In this document: one piece after another, positions 43,769 through 54,817 of the stretch
Layout of the letters: every line of letters starts with the position of its first letter
Position numbering within the stretch: position 1 is the stretch's first letter
DNA from: an uncultured cyanobacterium
GTDB lineage: Bacteria > Cyanobacteriota > Cyanobacteriia > PCC-6307 > Cyanobiaceae
Assembly: GCA_963765575.1 (NCBI GenBank)
Contig: CAVXWZ010000002.1
Coordinates: 384,001-448,000, forward strand
Direction of reading: 5' to 3'
DNA length: 64,000 nt
Notes under the pieces: model-generated
Told to the model about the DNA's origin: nothing
The model's input: the letters and a program-made list of their open reading frames with translations, nothing else
The model's database searches: none
Position numbers and translations under genes: made by a program

Positions 43769-46163
43769 GGTGGCGGTGTTGGGGCTCAGGGATGGCCTGC
43801 CGTTGGCTGGTGCTGATGTCGCCATCCTGCAGCAGTAGGGCATTGACCACCACGGTGATGGAGCTGAGCGCCATCAGCAGGGCGGCCAGCGGCGGACTGA
43901 GCAGCACGCCGAAACCGGGCAGCAACACGCCCGCGGCGATCGGCAGCACGATCAGGTTGTAGCCAAAGGCCCAGACCAGGTTCTGGCGCACCTTCGCCAT
44001 CGTGCGGCCCGCGAGGGTGAGGGCCGTATCAATGCCGCCCAGCCGCTCCCCGAGGACCACCACATCGGCCGTGTCCTGGGCGATGGCGGTGCCGGTGCCC
44101 ACGGCGATGCCGAGGTCGGCGGCGGCCAGGGCGGGGGCGTCGTTGATGCCATCCCCCACCATCGCCACCGGCGCCGCCTCCCGATGCCAGCGCTGCAGGG
44201 CCTGGAGCTTCTGCTCAGGGGACTGCTGCCAGGCCAGTTCACTGGGTTCCAGACCCAGGGCCTGGCCCAGGTGCAGCACCGGCTGGCGTCGGTCGCCGCT
44301 CAGCACCCCCAGGCGCAGCCCCCGGGCCCGCAGGGCGGACAGCAGGGCCGGGGCATCGGGCCGCAGCTGGTCCTGCACCGCGATCAATCCGACCGGTCGG
44401 CCCTCGATGGCCAGGGCGAGCACGGTGGCGCCCTCGGCCTCCAGCTGCTCCAGGCGCTGGCCGGCCAGCTCGGGCAGCACGGCAGGAGGGGCCCCGGCAG
44501 GAGTGGCGGTGGCGCAGGCCCAGTCCAACCGCCCCAGCCGGCAGACCTGGCCATCGATGCGAGCGCTGACCCCGGCACCGGCCACGGTTTCCGCCTGCTC
44601 CACAGCCGTGGGCTGCAGACCCCGGGCCTCGGCCTCCTGCAGCAGAGCGTGGGCCAGGGGGTGGCGGGTGGAGGTCTCCAGGCTCGCGGCCAGCTGCAGC
44701 AGCCTGTCGGGGGCCACCGCCGCCAGCGGCACCACGGCGCTCACCAGGGGGCGCCCGCGGGTGAGGGTGCCGGTCTTGTCGAAGAGCACGGTGCGCAGTC
44801 GGGCGGCGGTCTCGATGGCGTCGCCACCGCGGAACAGCACGCCGGCCCGGGCGGCCCGACCGGTGCCCACGGTGATCGCCGTGGGGGTGGCCAGCCCGAG
44901 GGCACAGGGGCAGGCCACCACGAGCACGGCGATGGCCAGCTGCAGGGCCAGGGCCAGGGGGGTGGTGGCGCCGGCGCCGAGCAGGCCATGGCTGCCATGG
45001 ACACTCTGGTGCAGGGGGATCGCCAGCACCTGGGGCCAGCGGGCTGCGCCCCACAGCCACCAGAACAGGAAGGTGGCCGCCGCCAGGGCGAGCACCCCCA
45101 GGGTGAAGCGTCCGGCCACCAGGTCGGCCAGGCCCTGGATCGGCGCCTTGCGGGCCTGGGCCTGCTCCACCAGGTGGATGATCCGGGCGATGGCGCTGTT
45201 GGCGCCGCTGCGGCGCACCTCCAGCAGCAGCGGACTCTGCAGGTTGAGGCTGCCGGCGGCCAGCTCAGCCCCCGGCGCCACCTCCTGGGGGAGCGGTTCG
45301 CCGGTGAGGGTGGACACATCCACGCTGGAGTGCCCCTCCAGCACCTCGGCATCCACCGGCAGCCGGTCACCCGGCAGCACACGGATGCGGTCGGCGGGGC
45401 GCAGGCCGCCGACCCGCACCTCGCGAGGGGGGCCGTCATCCATCACCAGCAGGGCGGTGTCGGGCTGCAGGGCCGCGAGTTGCTCGAGGGCCAGGCCGGT
45501 GCGGAAGCGGGCCCGCTCCTCGATGAAGCGGCCGAGCAGCACGAAGCCGAGCAGCATCACCGGCTCGTTGAAGAAACAGGGCAGGCCCGTGGCTGGCCAC
45601 AGCAGGCCGACGAGGCTGGCGCCATAGGCGCTCAGCACCCCCAGGCTGATGAGGCTGTCCATGCTGGGCATCCCGCCAGCGGCGGTGCGCACGCCGGCGA
45701 TCAGGATCGGGCGACCGGGGCCGACAAGGGCCACCGTGGCGATCAGGGCATGGAGCCAGAGGGGGCCGGGCTGGCCGCCCAGGTGCCCCACCGCCGACAC
45801 CAGCAGCAGGGCCAGGGCCACCATCAACTGCCGCCAGCGCTGCCACCAGCTGCGCTGCTGCTGCTGCAGCCTGGAGCTGGAGGCCACCAGGGCCCCATCC
45901 CGCAAGGAAGCCTGAAAGCCCAGCGTGGCCAGGGCCGTCTGCAGGGGGGAGGCCAGATCCGCAGGGGCCGCGGCGTCGGGCTGGGCGGGGTCCAGCTCCA
46001 CCCAGGCGGTGCGGGTGAGCAGGTTGACGCTCACCTGGAGCACCCCCGGCTGGGCGCGCAAGCGCTGCTCCACAGCCCGCACGCAGCCGCCGCACTTCAT
46101 GCCGTCGATGGTGAGCAGGAGCGGCTCGCGGGGGAGCGACTCCAGCGGGAGCGGCTCAGCCAA
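43758..46163 (-). CDS. copper-type P1B ATPase (CtaA-like)
   Basis: [38 protein letters not shown]. Confidence 0.93.
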   Translation of the reverse strand: MAEPLPLESLPREPLLLTIDGMKCGGCVRAVEQRLRAQPGVLQVSVNLLTRTAWVELDPAQPDAAAPADLASPLQTALATLGFQASLRDGALVASSSRLQQQQRSWWQRWRQLMVALALLLVSAVGHLGGQPGPLWLHALIATVALVGPGRPILIAGVRTAAGGMPSMDSLISLGVLSAYGASLVGLLWPATGLPCFFNEPVMLLGFVLLGRFIEERARFRTGLALEQLAALQPDTALLVMDDGPPREVRVGGLRPADRIRVLPGDRLPVDAEVLEGHSSVDVSTLTGEPLPQEVAPGAELAAGSLNLQSPLLLEVRRSGANSAIARIIHLVEQAQARKAPIQGLADLVAGRFTLGVLALAAATFLFWWLWGAARWPQVLAIPLHQSVHGSHGLLGAGATTPLALALQLAIAVLVVACPCALGLATPTAITVGTGRAARAGVLFRGGDAIETAARLRTVLFDKTGTLTRGRPLVSAVVPLAAVAPDRLLQLAASLETSTRHPLAHALLQEAEARGLQPTAVEQAETVAGAGVSARIDGQVCRLGRLDWACATATPAGAPPAVLPELAGQRLEQLEAEGATVLALAIEGRPVGLIAVQDQLRPDAPALLSALRARGLRLGVLSGDRRQPVLHLGQALGLEPSELAWQQSPEQKLQALQRWHREAAPVAMVGDGINDAPALAAADLGIAVGTGTAIAQDTADVVVLGERLGGIDTALTLAGRTMAKVRQNLVWAFGYNLIVLPIAAGVLLPGFGVLLSPPLAALLMALSSITVVVNALLLQDGDISTSQRQAIPEPQHRHRAA

Positions 46164-46243
46164 GGCGCGGGCGGCGGGTCATGGCGCTCAACCTAGGGGG
46201 ATCCGTCAGGATGGACCACTCTCCCCGCTCGCCAGGTCCGCCG

Positions 46244-46765
46244 GTGCCCCGCTCCCAGCGCAACGACAACTTCATCGACAAGAGCTTCACGGTGATGGCC
46301 GACCTGATTCTCAAGGTGCTGCCCACCAACCGCCGGGCGAAGGAGGCCTTCGCCTACTACCGCGACGGCATGAGCGCCCAGGCCGACGGTGAATACGCCG
46401 AGGCCCTGGAGAACTACGAGGAGGCCCTCAAGCTCGAGGACGACCCCAACGACAAGGCCTTCATCCTCTACAACATGGCCCTGGTGTTCGCGTCCAATGG
46501 AGAGCACGACAAGGCCCTCGACTTCTACGGCCAGGCCCTGGACCTCAACAGCAAGATGCCCCAGGTGCTCAACAACATGGCGGTGATTCACCACCACCTG
46601 GGCGCCCAGGCCGAGGAGCGGGGCGACCCCGACGAGGCCGACCGTCGCTATGACCGGGCCGCCGACTACTGGGGCAAGGCCATCCGCATGGCGCCCAACA
46701 ACTACATCGAGGCCCAGAACTGGCTCAAGACCAGCGGCCGCGGCAGCGTAGACGTGTATTTCTGA
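46244..46765 (+). CDS. ycf3: photosystem I assembly protein Ycf3
   Basis: [32 protein letters not shown]. Confidence 0.97.
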   Translation: MPRSQRNDNFIDKSFTVMADLILKVLPTNRRAKEAFAYYRDGMSAQADGEYAEALENYEEALKLEDDPNDKAFILYNMALVFASNGEHDKALDFYGQALDLNSKMPQVLNNMAVIHHHLGAQAEERGDPDEADRRYDRAADYWGKAIRMAPNNYIEAQNWLKTSGRGSVDVYF

Positions 46766-46804
46766 ACGATTCGTGCTGAACGACTCGTTCTGAGTGGGGG
46801 CCGT

Positions 46805-48247
46805 TCAGGCCTCGCCATCAGCAGGATCCACCCCCAGGGCCGCCACCAGGGCCTCAGCCACCGTGGCGGCCTCCAGCAACTGCACGCCAGCGGCCGCCGC
46901 GACACGCCCCAGGCCGCTGCCGCGGGGCACCACGGCCCGATTGAATCCCAGCCGTCCCGCCTCCTGCAGGCGCAGCTCCAGCTGGCTCACCGCCCGCAGC
47001 TGGCCGCCCAGGCCCAGCTCCCCCACCAGCACCGTGCCCGGGGGCAGGATCAGATCCCGATGGCTGGCGACCACGGCGGCGGCCACACCGAGATCAGCGG
47101 CGGGCTCCTCCACCTCGAGGCCACCGGCCACCGCCAGGTAGCAGTCGAATCGGGAGAAGGGCAGGCCCAGGTGCTTCTCGAGCACGGCCAGGATCTGGTG
47201 CAGGCGGTTCACCGGGATGCCGGTGGCGCTGCGGCGGGGGCTGGCGTAACTGGTGCTGCTCACCAGGGCCTGCAGCTCCACCACCAGGGGCCGGGTGCCC
47301 TCACAGGCGGCGATCGTGGCCGTGCCGCTGCTCGGCTCGCTGCCCCCCAGGAACAGCTCACTGGGATTGCTCACCTCCGCCAGGCCGCGGGCGCGCATCT
47401 CGAACACCCCCAGCTCATGGGTGGCCCCGAAGCGGTTCTTCACCGCCCGCAGCAGGCGGTGGCTGGCGAAGCGGTCGCCCTCGAAGGTGAGCACCGCATC
47501 CACCAGGTGTTCCAACACCTTGGGTCCGGCCAGCATGCCCTCCTTGGTCACATGGCCCACCAGCAGCAGGGCTGTGTCCTGGCGCTTGGCGATGCGCGCC
47601 AGAGCGGCGGCACACTCCCGCACCTGGGCCACCGAGCCGGGGGCACTGCTGAGCTGATCGTCGTGCAGGGCCTGGATGCTGTCGATGATGGCCACGGCGG
47701 GCCGCAGGCTCTCCAGCTCCTGCAGCACCAGCTCGAGGTCGGTCTCGGCGAGCAGCTGCACATCAGCCACCGCCGCCGCCCCCTCCTCGCCGTTTTCATC
47801 GCCGACCTCAGCCAGCCGACGCCAGCGCAGCTTCACCTGCTGGGCTGACTCCTCGGCGCTCACGTAGAGCACCGAAGCCCGGCCGGCCATGGCCCGGGCG
47901 CTCTGCAACAGCAGGGTGCTCTTGCCGATGCCGGGATCACCGCCGAGCAGCACCAGCGAGCCGGGCACCAGGCCGCCGCCGAGCACCCTGTCGAATTCGC
48001 CGTAGCCACTGCCCAGGCGCTGCAACGGCCGGTCCCCCACCGCCGCGATCGAGGCCGAGCGGCGGGGCCGGGCGGCGGCGGGCTGCTGGCTCAGCGGTCG
48101 GCGGCGGCGGGCGTCGACGGCCGGGCTGGTCGCCTGCAGCTGTTCCACCAGGGTGTTCCAGCTGCCACAGCCGCTGCAGCGGCCGAAGAACTGGCGGGTC
48201 TGGGCGCCGCATTGGCTGCAAACGTAGACGGTGACGGACTTGGCCAC
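46805..48247 (-). CDS. radA: DNA repair protein RadA/Sms
   Basis: C4 zinc finger, GDPGIGKST, KNRFG. Confidence 0.97.
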   Translation of the reverse strand: MAKSVTVYVCSQCGAQTRQFFGRCSGCGSWNTLVEQLQATSPAVDARRRRPLSQQPAAARPRRSASIAAVGDRPLQRLGSGYGEFDRVLGGGLVPGSLVLLGGDPGIGKSTLLLQSARAMAGRASVLYVSAEESAQQVKLRWRRLAEVGDENGEEGAAAVADVQLLAETDLELVLQELESLRPAVAIIDSIQALHDDQLSSAPGSVAQVRECAAALARIAKRQDTALLLVGHVTKEGMLAGPKVLEHLVDAVLTFEGDRFASHRLLRAVKNRFGATHELGVFEMRARGLAEVSNPSELFLGGSEPSSGTATIAACEGTRPLVVELQALVSSTSYASPRRSATGIPVNRLHQILAVLEKHLGLPFSRFDCYLAVAGGLEVEEPAADLGVAAAVVASHRDLILPPGTVLVGELGLGGQLRAVSQLELRLQEAGRLGFNRAVVPRGSGLGRVAAAAGVQLLEAATVAEALVAALGVDPADGEA

Positions 48248-48371
48248 GGGGGATGGGGGAGGGCCGGAGCGACGACGATGGCGCGTGAACTATGAAGAAA
48301 GATGGCGTTGCATGAATCCTGAGCCCTTCGACCTTTTCAGTAGGGGCCGTCTGATGTAGCCCCACGGCGGC

Positions 48372-49130
48372 ATGACGGCCTCCCTTCCCAGCCCCAGCAA
48401 AGAGAAAGAGACGATCCTGGTGGTCGATGACGAGGCCAGCATCCGCCGGATCCTCGAAACGCGCCTGTCCATGATCGGCTATCAGGTGGTCACCGCCAGC
48501 GATGGCGAGGAGGCGCTGGAGGCCTTCCGCGACAGCCAGCCCGATCTGGTGGTGCTCGACGTGATGATGCCCAAGCTCGATGGCTACGGCGTCTGCCAGG
48601 AGCTGCGCAAGGAATCGGATGTGCCGATCGTGATGCTCACCGCCCTCGGTGACGTGGCCGACCGCATCACCGGCCTCGAGCTCGGCGCTGACGACTACGT
48701 GGTGAAGCCCTTCAGCCCCAAGGAGCTGGAGGCCCGCATCCGCTGCGTGCTGCGGCGGGTGGAGAAGGAAAGCGCCGCCGGCATCCCCAACTCCGGGGTG
48801 ATCGGCATCGCCGACCTGCGCATCGACACCAACAAGCGCCAGGTGTACCGGGGCGATGAGCGCATCCGCCTCACGGGCATGGAGTTCAGCCTGCTGGAGC
48901 TGCTGGTGAGCCGCAGTGGCGAGCCCTTCAGCCGTGGCGAGATCCTCAAGGAGGTGTGGGGCTACACCCCCGAACGGCACGTGGACACCCGGGTGGTGGA
49001 TGTCCACATCTCCCGGCTGCGCTCCAAACTGGAGGATGATCCGGCCAACCCCGAGCTGATCCTCACGGCTCGTGGCACCGGCTACCTGTTCCAACGCATC
49101 GTCGAGCCCGTTGCCTCCGAAGGAGCCTGA
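48372..49130 (+). CDS. rpaB: response regulator RpaB
   Basis: DDEASIRRILETRLSMIGY, WGYTPERHVDTRVVDVH. Confidence 0.97.
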   Translation: MTASLPSPSKEKETILVVDDEASIRRILETRLSMIGYQVVTASDGEEALEAFRDSQPDLVVLDVMMPKLDGYGVCQELRKESDVPIVMLTALGDVADRITGLELGADDYVVKPFSPKELEARIRCVLRRVEKESAAGIPNSGVIGIADLRIDTNKRQVYRGDERIRLTGMEFSLLELLVSRSGEPFSRGEILKEVWGYTPERHVDTRVVDVHISRLRSKLEDDPANPELILTARGTGYLFQRIVEPVASEGA

Positions 49131-50466
49131 GAAGCGCACCAAGCCCAGCCGCACGATCCGGCGGCTGGTGATCTGGTATCGGCGCAACGCCGCCGTCACC
49201 AGCCTGGTGGGAACGGCGACCAGCGCCGGAACCATGGCCGGTTCCGTGGCCGGGGCGGCGGTGTCCGGGGCTGGCTCGGTGGCCGGAGCCGCCACCAGCG
49301 CCGCCCACACCGTGCTGCAGCCGCTGGTGTTCGATCCCCTGCGCCGCCTGCAGCGCGGCCTCGGCGGCCCCGACGAAGACACGCCGATCCAGGAGGCCGA
49401 CCGCCTCTGGGTGGCGGTGGACGGCATGGGCGGAGACCACGCCCCGGGGCCGATCCTCGAGGGCTGCCTGCAGGCCGTCGCGCGGCTGCCCCTGCGCGTG
49501 CGCTTCGTGGCCGAGACAGGTCCGCTGCGGGCCGCCGTGGTGGCCCTGGGGCTGCAGGAGCAGCTCGATCAGGCGATCGCCAGGGGCTGGATCCAGCTGG
49601 TGCCCAGCGGCCCCTCGGTGGGCATGAACGAAGAGGCCACGGTGGTGCGGCGCAAGCGTGACGCCAGCATCAATCTGGCCATGGACCTGGTGAAGCAGGG
49701 CCAGGCCACGGCGGTGTACTCGGCCGGCAACTCCGGGGCCGTGATGGCGGCGGCGATCTTCCGGCTGGGTCGGCTGCGGGGCATTGATCGCCCCGCCATC
49801 GGCGCCATCTTCCCCACCCGCGACCCGGAACAGCAGGTGCTGGTGCTCGATGTGGGCGCCAACATGGACTGCAAGCCCGAATGGCTGCTGCAGTTCGCCC
49901 TGCTGGGCAACATCTACAGCCACGATGTGCTGCAGGTGGCCCGGCCGCGCATCGGTCTGGTGAACATCGGCGAGGAAGAGTGCAAGGGCAACGACCTCTG
50001 CCAGCGCTCCTACCGGCTGCTGGCGGCCGAGCAGCGCTTCGCCTTCGCCGGCAACTGCGAGGGGCGCGACATCCTCTCCGGCAAGTTCGATGTGGTGGTG
50101 TGTGACGGCTACACCGGCAACGTGCTGCTCAAGTTCCTGGAGAGCGTGGGCAGTGTGCTGCTCGATGTGATCAAGGTGGAGCTGCCCCGGGGGCGACGCG
50201 GCAAGGTGGGATCGGCCTTCCTGATCAACAATCTGCGCCGCATCAAGAAGCGGCTCGACCATGCCGAGCACGGCGGCGCCCTGCTGCTCGGGGTGGACGG
50301 GGTCTGCGTGATCGGCCACGGCAGCAGCAAGGCGCTCTCGGTGTTGAGCGCCCTGCGGCTGGCCCATTCGGCCGCCAACCACGGCGTCATGGACGATCTG
50401 CACGCCCTCAGCGACCAGAGCAGCCGCGCCGATGGCGCCACGACCGGCGCCATCGCCTGTGGTTGA
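49111..50466 (+). CDS. plsX: phosphate acyltransferase PlsX
   Basis: AVDGMGGD.AP, SAGNSGA, DVGAN, VVVCDG.TGN, GHGSS; TTG start inferred. Confidence 0.95.
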   Translation: MPPKEPEKRTKPSRTIRRLVIWYRRNAAVTSLVGTATSAGTMAGSVAGAAVSGAGSVAGAATSAAHTVLQPLVFDPLRRLQRGLGGPDEDTPIQEADRLWVAVDGMGGDHAPGPILEGCLQAVARLPLRVRFVAETGPLRAAVVALGLQEQLDQAIARGWIQLVPSGPSVGMNEEATVVRRKRDASINLAMDLVKQGQATAVYSAGNSGAVMAAAIFRLGRLRGIDRPAIGAIFPTRDPEQQVLVLDVGANMDCKPEWLLQFALLGNIYSHDVLQVARPRIGLVNIGEEECKGNDLCQRSYRLLAAEQRFAFAGNCEGRDILSGKFDVVVCDGYTGNVLLKFLESVGSVLLDVIKVELPRGRRGKVGSAFLINNLRRIKKRLDHAEHGGALLLGVDGVCVIGHGSSKALSVLSALRLAHSAANHGVMDDLHALSDQSSRADGATTGAIACG

Positions 50467-51548
50467 CTGAGCCACGATTCAGGGCCTTCTGCGTGCCCCA
50501 CGGCGTGTCCCTCAGCCTCACAGGATCCGCGGGCGGGTCCGGTGCCACGGCCGGCATGGCCCTGGTGGGCTGTGGCAGCGCCATGCCGGCCGTGAGTGTC
50601 AGCAACGCGGATCTCAGCCGCAGGGTGGACACCAACGACGACTGGATCCGCAGCCGCACCGGCATCGCCGCACGGCGGGTGTGCGGCGCCGATGAACCGC
50701 TCTCCGTGCTGGCCACCCAGGCCGCGGAGCGGGCGCTCCGCCAGGCCGGCTGGGAGCCGGGCGACCTCGACCTGATCCTGTTGGCGACCTCCAGTCCCGA
50801 CGACCTCTTCGGCACCGCCCCCCGCATCCAGGCCGCGCTGGGGGCCAGCGGAGCGGTGGCCTTCGATCTCACCGCCGCCTGCAGCGGCTTTCTGTTCGCC
50901 CTGGTCACCGCCAGCCAGTACATCGCCAGCGGCGCGGTGCGGCGGGCCCTGGTGATCGGGGCCGACCAACTCAGCCGCTGGGTGGACTGGGACGATCGCC
51001 GCACCTGTGTGCTGTTCGGCGATGGAGCCGCCGCCGTGGCGGTGGAGGCCTGCGCAGCGGCCGACAGCGGCCTGCTGGGCTTTGAGATGCGCTCCGACGG
51101 CAGCCGCAACGCCTGCCTCACCCTGGCGCAGCACGACGGCCGAGCCCACCTCCTCAACGACGTGTCGACCCAGAGGGGGGGATTTGCACCCATCCACATG
51201 AACGGCCAGGAGGTGTACAAATTTGCTGTGCGTGAGGTGCCGGCTGTGCTTGCCGACCTGCTCAACAACACCGGCATCGGGGCCCATCAGCTCGACTGGC
51301 TGCTGCTGCACCAAGCCAACCAGCGCATCCTCGACGCGGTGGCGGAACGCTTCGACGTGCCCAGCGAGCGGGTGCTGAGCAACCTCGCCCAGTACGGCAA
51401 CACCTCGGCGGCCACGATCCCGCTGATGCTCGATGAGGCGGTGCGCGACGGCCGCGTGCAGCCCGGCCACCTGCTGGCCAGCAGCGGCTTCGGGGCCGGA
51501 CTCAGCTGGGGTGCGGCGCTGCTGCGCTGGCACGGCCCGCGCACTTGA
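50463..51548 (+). CDS. fabH: 3-oxoacyl-ACP synthase III
   Basis: AACSGF, LFGDGA, HQAN, GNTSAA, GAGLSWG. Confidence 0.96.
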   Translation: MTEPRFRAFCVPHGVSLSLTGSAGGSGATAGMALVGCGSAMPAVSVSNADLSRRVDTNDDWIRSRTGIAARRVCGADEPLSVLATQAAERALRQAGWEPGDLDLILLATSSPDDLFGTAPRIQAALGASGAVAFDLTAACSGFLFALVTASQYIASGAVRRALVIGADQLSRWVDWDDRRTCVLFGDGAAAVAVEACAAADSGLLGFEMRSDGSRNACLTLAQHDGRAHLLNDVSTQRGGFAPIHMNGQEVYKFAVREVPAVLADLLNNTGIGAHQLDWLLLHQANQRILDAVAERFDVPSERVLSNLAQYGNTSAATIPLMLDEAVRDGRVQPGHLLASSGFGAGLSWGAALLRWHGPRT

Positions 51549-51611
51549 GCGCCGCCGGAGGCTGCGGGCCCGAGGCCTAACCTCCAGGCCGATCCAAACT
51601 GCAGCAACGGC

Positions 51612-52502
51612 ATGGCGATTGCCTGGGTGTTTCCTGGCCAGGGGTCCCAGAAAGCGGGCATGGCCGATGGCCTGCTCGACCTGGGCGGAGCCCGGGAGCG
51701 GTTTGCGCGCGCTTCGGCCCTGCTGGGCCGCGACCTGGTGGCCATCTGCAGCGGCCAGGGGGAAGGGGAGCTGGCCGATCTCAACGACACCCGCAACACC
51801 CAGCCGGCCCTGTTTGTGGTTGAGAGCCTGCTGGCGGATGCGCTCAGGGCCCAGGGCCGGCGCGCCGACCTGGTGGCCGGCCACAGCCTCGGCGAGCTGG
51901 CGGCCCTCTACGCCGCAGGGGTGTTCGATGCCGACACCGGCCTGGCCCTGGTGCGGCGCCGTAGCGAACTGATGGCAGCGGCGGGCGGCGGCGCGATGAC
52001 GGCGGTGATGGGCTTCGATCGCAGCGAGCTGGAGCGCCTGGTGGCGGCCAGCGATGGGGTGGTGATCGCCAATGACAACAGCAGCGCCCAGGTGGTGCTC
52101 TCCGGCACCCCGGAGGCGGTGGCGCGGGTGAGCGACGCCCTGGCCTGCAAGCGCGCCGTGCCCCTGGCGGTGAGTGGAGCGTTCCACTCACCCTTCATGG
52201 CCGAGGCCGCTGCGGCCTTCGCCGCTGAGCTGGAGGCGGTCCCCTTCGCCGACGCCGAGGTGCCGGTGCTCAGCAACGCCGACCCCGTGCCGGCCACCAG
52301 CGCTGCGGTGCTGAAGGAGCGGCTGCGGCGGCAGATGACCACCGGCGTGCGCTGGCGGGAAACCATGGACGGTCTGGCTGCCGCCGGCATCGACACCGCC
52401 GTGGAGATCGGCCCGGGCAGCGTGCTCAGCGGTCTGATCAAGCGCAGCGGCGCGGCCATCGCCACCGCCCGCATCGCCAGCACCGCCGACCTGGGGGGAT
52501 GA
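51612..52502 (+). CDS. fabD: malonyl-CoA:ACP transacylase
   Basis: FPGQGSQ, GHSLGE, SGAFHS. Confidence 0.96.
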   Translation: MAIAWVFPGQGSQKAGMADGLLDLGGARERFARASALLGRDLVAICSGQGEGELADLNDTRNTQPALFVVESLLADALRAQGRRADLVAGHSLGELAALYAAGVFDADTGLALVRRRSELMAAAGGGAMTAVMGFDRSELERLVAASDGVVIANDNSSAQVVLSGTPEAVARVSDALACKRAVPLAVSGAFHSPFMAEAAAAFAAELEAVPFADAEVPVLSNADPVPATSAAVLKERLRRQMTTGVRWRETMDGLAAAGIDTAVEIGPGSVLSGLIKRSGAAIATARIASTADLGG

Positions 52503-53266
52503 ATCGATCCGTCGCCGCGGTGAAACGGGTGCTGCGCCGACGTCGGCGCAGCGAGCCACCAGCCCTCATCCGCACCCCCAGGCCCAGCCTCACCTACCGG
52601 GCGATCAGCTATCTGCTGGTGTTCCCCATCTTTCGGCTGCTGTTGCGTGGCCGCACCTGTGGGGGTGAGCAGGTGCCGAGGGACGGGGCCCTGGTGGTGG
52701 TGGCGAACCACGGCTCCCACCTCGATCCACCCCTGCTGGGCCATGCCCTGGGGCGCCCTGTGGCCTTCATGGCCAAGGCGGAACTGTTCCGGGTGCCCCT
52801 GCTGGGGCCGATCATCCGCGCCTGCGGGGCCTACCCCATCACCCGCGGCGCCAGCGACCGCGAGGCGATCCGCACCGCCGGTGATCGCCTCGAGGAGGGC
52901 TGGGCCGTGGGGGTGTTCATCGACGGCAGCCGCCAGGCCGACGGACGCGTCAACCATCCCCTGCCCGGTGCAGCCCTGCTGGCCGCCCGCGCCGGCGTGC
53001 CCCTGCTGCCGGTGGCGATCGTCAACAGCCACCGGGCCCTGGGTCCCGGCCAGAGCCGGGTGCGGGCCGTGCCGGTGCACATCCGCATCGGCACGCCGAT
53101 TCCGCCGCCGGCCTCCCGGCGCCGGGTCGATCTCGACGCCAGCACCGCCGCCTGCCAGCTCCAGATCAATGCCCTTCTCGACCAGGGATTGATCGCAGCA
53201 CCCGCTCTGTCCAGCGCCCGGGTGCCAGACGCTCTGCCGCCCAGTGGCGCAGATCCCGACCGCTGA
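52499..53266 (+). CDS. plsC: 1-acyl-sn-glycerol-3-phosphate acyltransferase
   Basis: NHGSHLDP, FMAKAELF. Confidence 0.92.
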   Translation: MNRSVAAVKRVLRRRRRSEPPALIRTPRPSLTYRAISYLLVFPIFRLLLRGRTCGGEQVPRDGALVVVANHGSHLDPPLLGHALGRPVAFMAKAELFRVPLLGPIIRACGAYPITRGASDREAIRTAGDRLEEGWAVGVFIDGSRQADGRVNHPLPGAALLAARAGVPLLPVAIVNSHRALGPGQSRVRAVPVHIRIGTPIPPPASRRRVDLDASTAACQLQINALLDQGLIAAPALSSARVPDALPPSGADPDR

Positions 53267-53897
53267 CCACCCACAGCGCCGCCCGCAGGCCATCGCCCCA
53301 CACCTTGCGACGGCGCTCGGGAACGCACTGGTCGCCACAGTCCACCGACTCCGGGGTGAGATGGATGCCGCGACTGCCGGCCACGATCCGGCCCACCAGC
53401 AGGGCACGGTCCATGTGGTCGCTGCTGGTCACCAGCAGCGCATGGCGCACCCGGGCCTGGCGCAGGTCATCCACCAGGGAGGTGAAGTTGGTGAGGGTGT
53501 CGGTGGCGCGGTAGTCAAGCTGCACCTGGCGGGAGGGCAGGCCCTGGTGCTGCTCGAACAGCCAGTGGGCGTACTCGGGATTGCTGCCGCCGCTCACCAC
53601 CACCGGCAGGCCCCGCTCGCGGGCGATCGCGGCGGCATGGCGCTCCCGCTCCAGATCGCCGCCCAACACCAGGATCACCTGGGCCGGCGGGGGCGGCGGC
53701 CACCACCAGCCGCGCGACAGCCACACCCAGGTTCCGGCCAGTGCCAGCAGCAGCGAGAGCCGCCAGGGCAGGGACCGACGGCGGCGCGGCGCAGGGGGCC
53801 GGGGCGGGCGCGCCGCCGTCGGGGAACGCCGGCCGACCGGCGGGCGCTGCGGCCGGGGACGACGGCGACCAGGCGCACCGGGGGGACGGGCCTGCAT
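53166..53897 (-). CDS. YdcF/DUF218 family protein
   Basis: LVLGG, VSGG, ATDTLTNF, LVTS..HM.RA; 3' end overlaps plsC by about 100 nt. Confidence 0.82.
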   Translation of the reverse strand: MQARPPGAPGRRRPRPQRPPVGRRSPTAARPPRPPAPRRRRSLPWRLSLLLALAGTWVWLSRGWWWPPPPPAQVILVLGGDLERERHAAAIARERGLPVVVSGGSNPEYAHWLFEQHQGLPSRQVQLDYRATDTLTNFTSLVDDLRQARVRHALLVTSSDHMDRALLVGRIVAGSRGIHLTPESVDCGDQCVPERRRKVWGDGLRAALWVVSGRDLRHWAAERLAPGRWTERVLRSIPGREGH

Positions 53898-54541
53898 CAG
53901 CCCACCCCCACCGGCGAGCTGGGGTAGAGGGGCAGCACCGGCTGCCAAGGGGCCGCCACGCCGCCCCCTCGGGCTTGCTGGGACAGGGCCAGCAGCTCGC
54001 CCACATCGGCGGCTACGGCCACCGTGGCCTCCAGCCGGGGGGCTGGATCAAGGGCGTCCAGGGTGGCCGCATCGGCGTGCAGCCGCGGCGCCAGCAACTC
54101 CACCACGGCCGCACCGGGCCCAGCGCCGCCGTCGGTCCCGGGACCGGGTCCGTAAAGCCCGGCCACCAGCCCGCGGCGCGGCAGCTCCTGAACCAGCCAG
54201 GTGGGGGCAGTGAGGCCCAGGCGGCGGGCCACCAGCAGAAAGCTGCCCACCCCGTCAAGGGGCAGCTTGAGCTGCTGGGCCAGGGTGCGGGCCATCACCA
54301 CGGTGAGACGGGTGCCGGTGAACCCCCCCGGGCCGGTGGCCACCGCCAGCCGCCCCAGGGCCGGCCAGTCGGCGGCGGGCAGCACCTCCTCCACACAGCT
54401 GAGCAGCTGGTTGGAGAGGCCGCGGCCCAGGGGGAAGGTGGCGATGCGATCGGGCACGCCACCCTCGAGGTGGCGCAGACCTACCCCCAGCTCGGCGGTG
54501 GAGCTGTGCAGGGCCAGCAACCAGCAGCCAGCCGGCGTCAT
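53897..54541 (-). CDS. tsaB: tRNA threonylcarbamoyladenosine biosynthesis protein TsaB
   Basis: LALHSS, GPGGFTGTR, LPLY. Confidence 0.9.
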   Translation of the reverse strand: MTPAGCWLLALHSSTAELGVGLRHLEGGVPDRIATFPLGRGLSNQLLSCVEEVLPAADWPALGRLAVATGPGGFTGTRLTVVMARTLAQQLKLPLDGVGSFLLVARRLGLTAPTWLVQELPRRGLVAGLYGPGPGTDGGAGPGAAVVELLAPRLHADAATLDALDPAPRLEATVAVAADVGELLALSQQARGGGVAAPWQPVLPLYPSSPVGVG

Positions 54542-54789
54542 CGGGGCAGGGCGGCGCCGGGGCGCAGCCGTCGCCAGCGGCCGGGCTCGGCCAGGAAGCT
54601 GCCGCAGGCCCGCACGTCCCACTCCACGCCCACGCCGCCGCCGACCAACTCCATTACTTGCACATGGATGCGCGGCTCATTGGGCCGGAACTCGGGGTGG
54701 GGATTGAGGTGCTCGGCGCCATGCTGACGCTCCACCGCGTGATAGGCCTGACAGCGGTCGACCCAGCGGCAGTCCACGCAGATGCACAT
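54538..54789 (-). CDS. ycf34: Ycf34 family Fe-S protein
   Basis: MCICVDC.WVDRC.AYH.VE.QH, EWDV.AC. Confidence 0.92.
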   Translation of the reverse strand: MCICVDCRWVDRCQAYHAVERQHGAEHLNPHPEFRPNEPRIHVQVMELVGGGVGVEWDVRACGSFLAEPGRWRRLRPGAALPR

Positions 54790-54817
54790 CCCGGCCAGTT
54801 CGCGCCAGGCCCCCATT

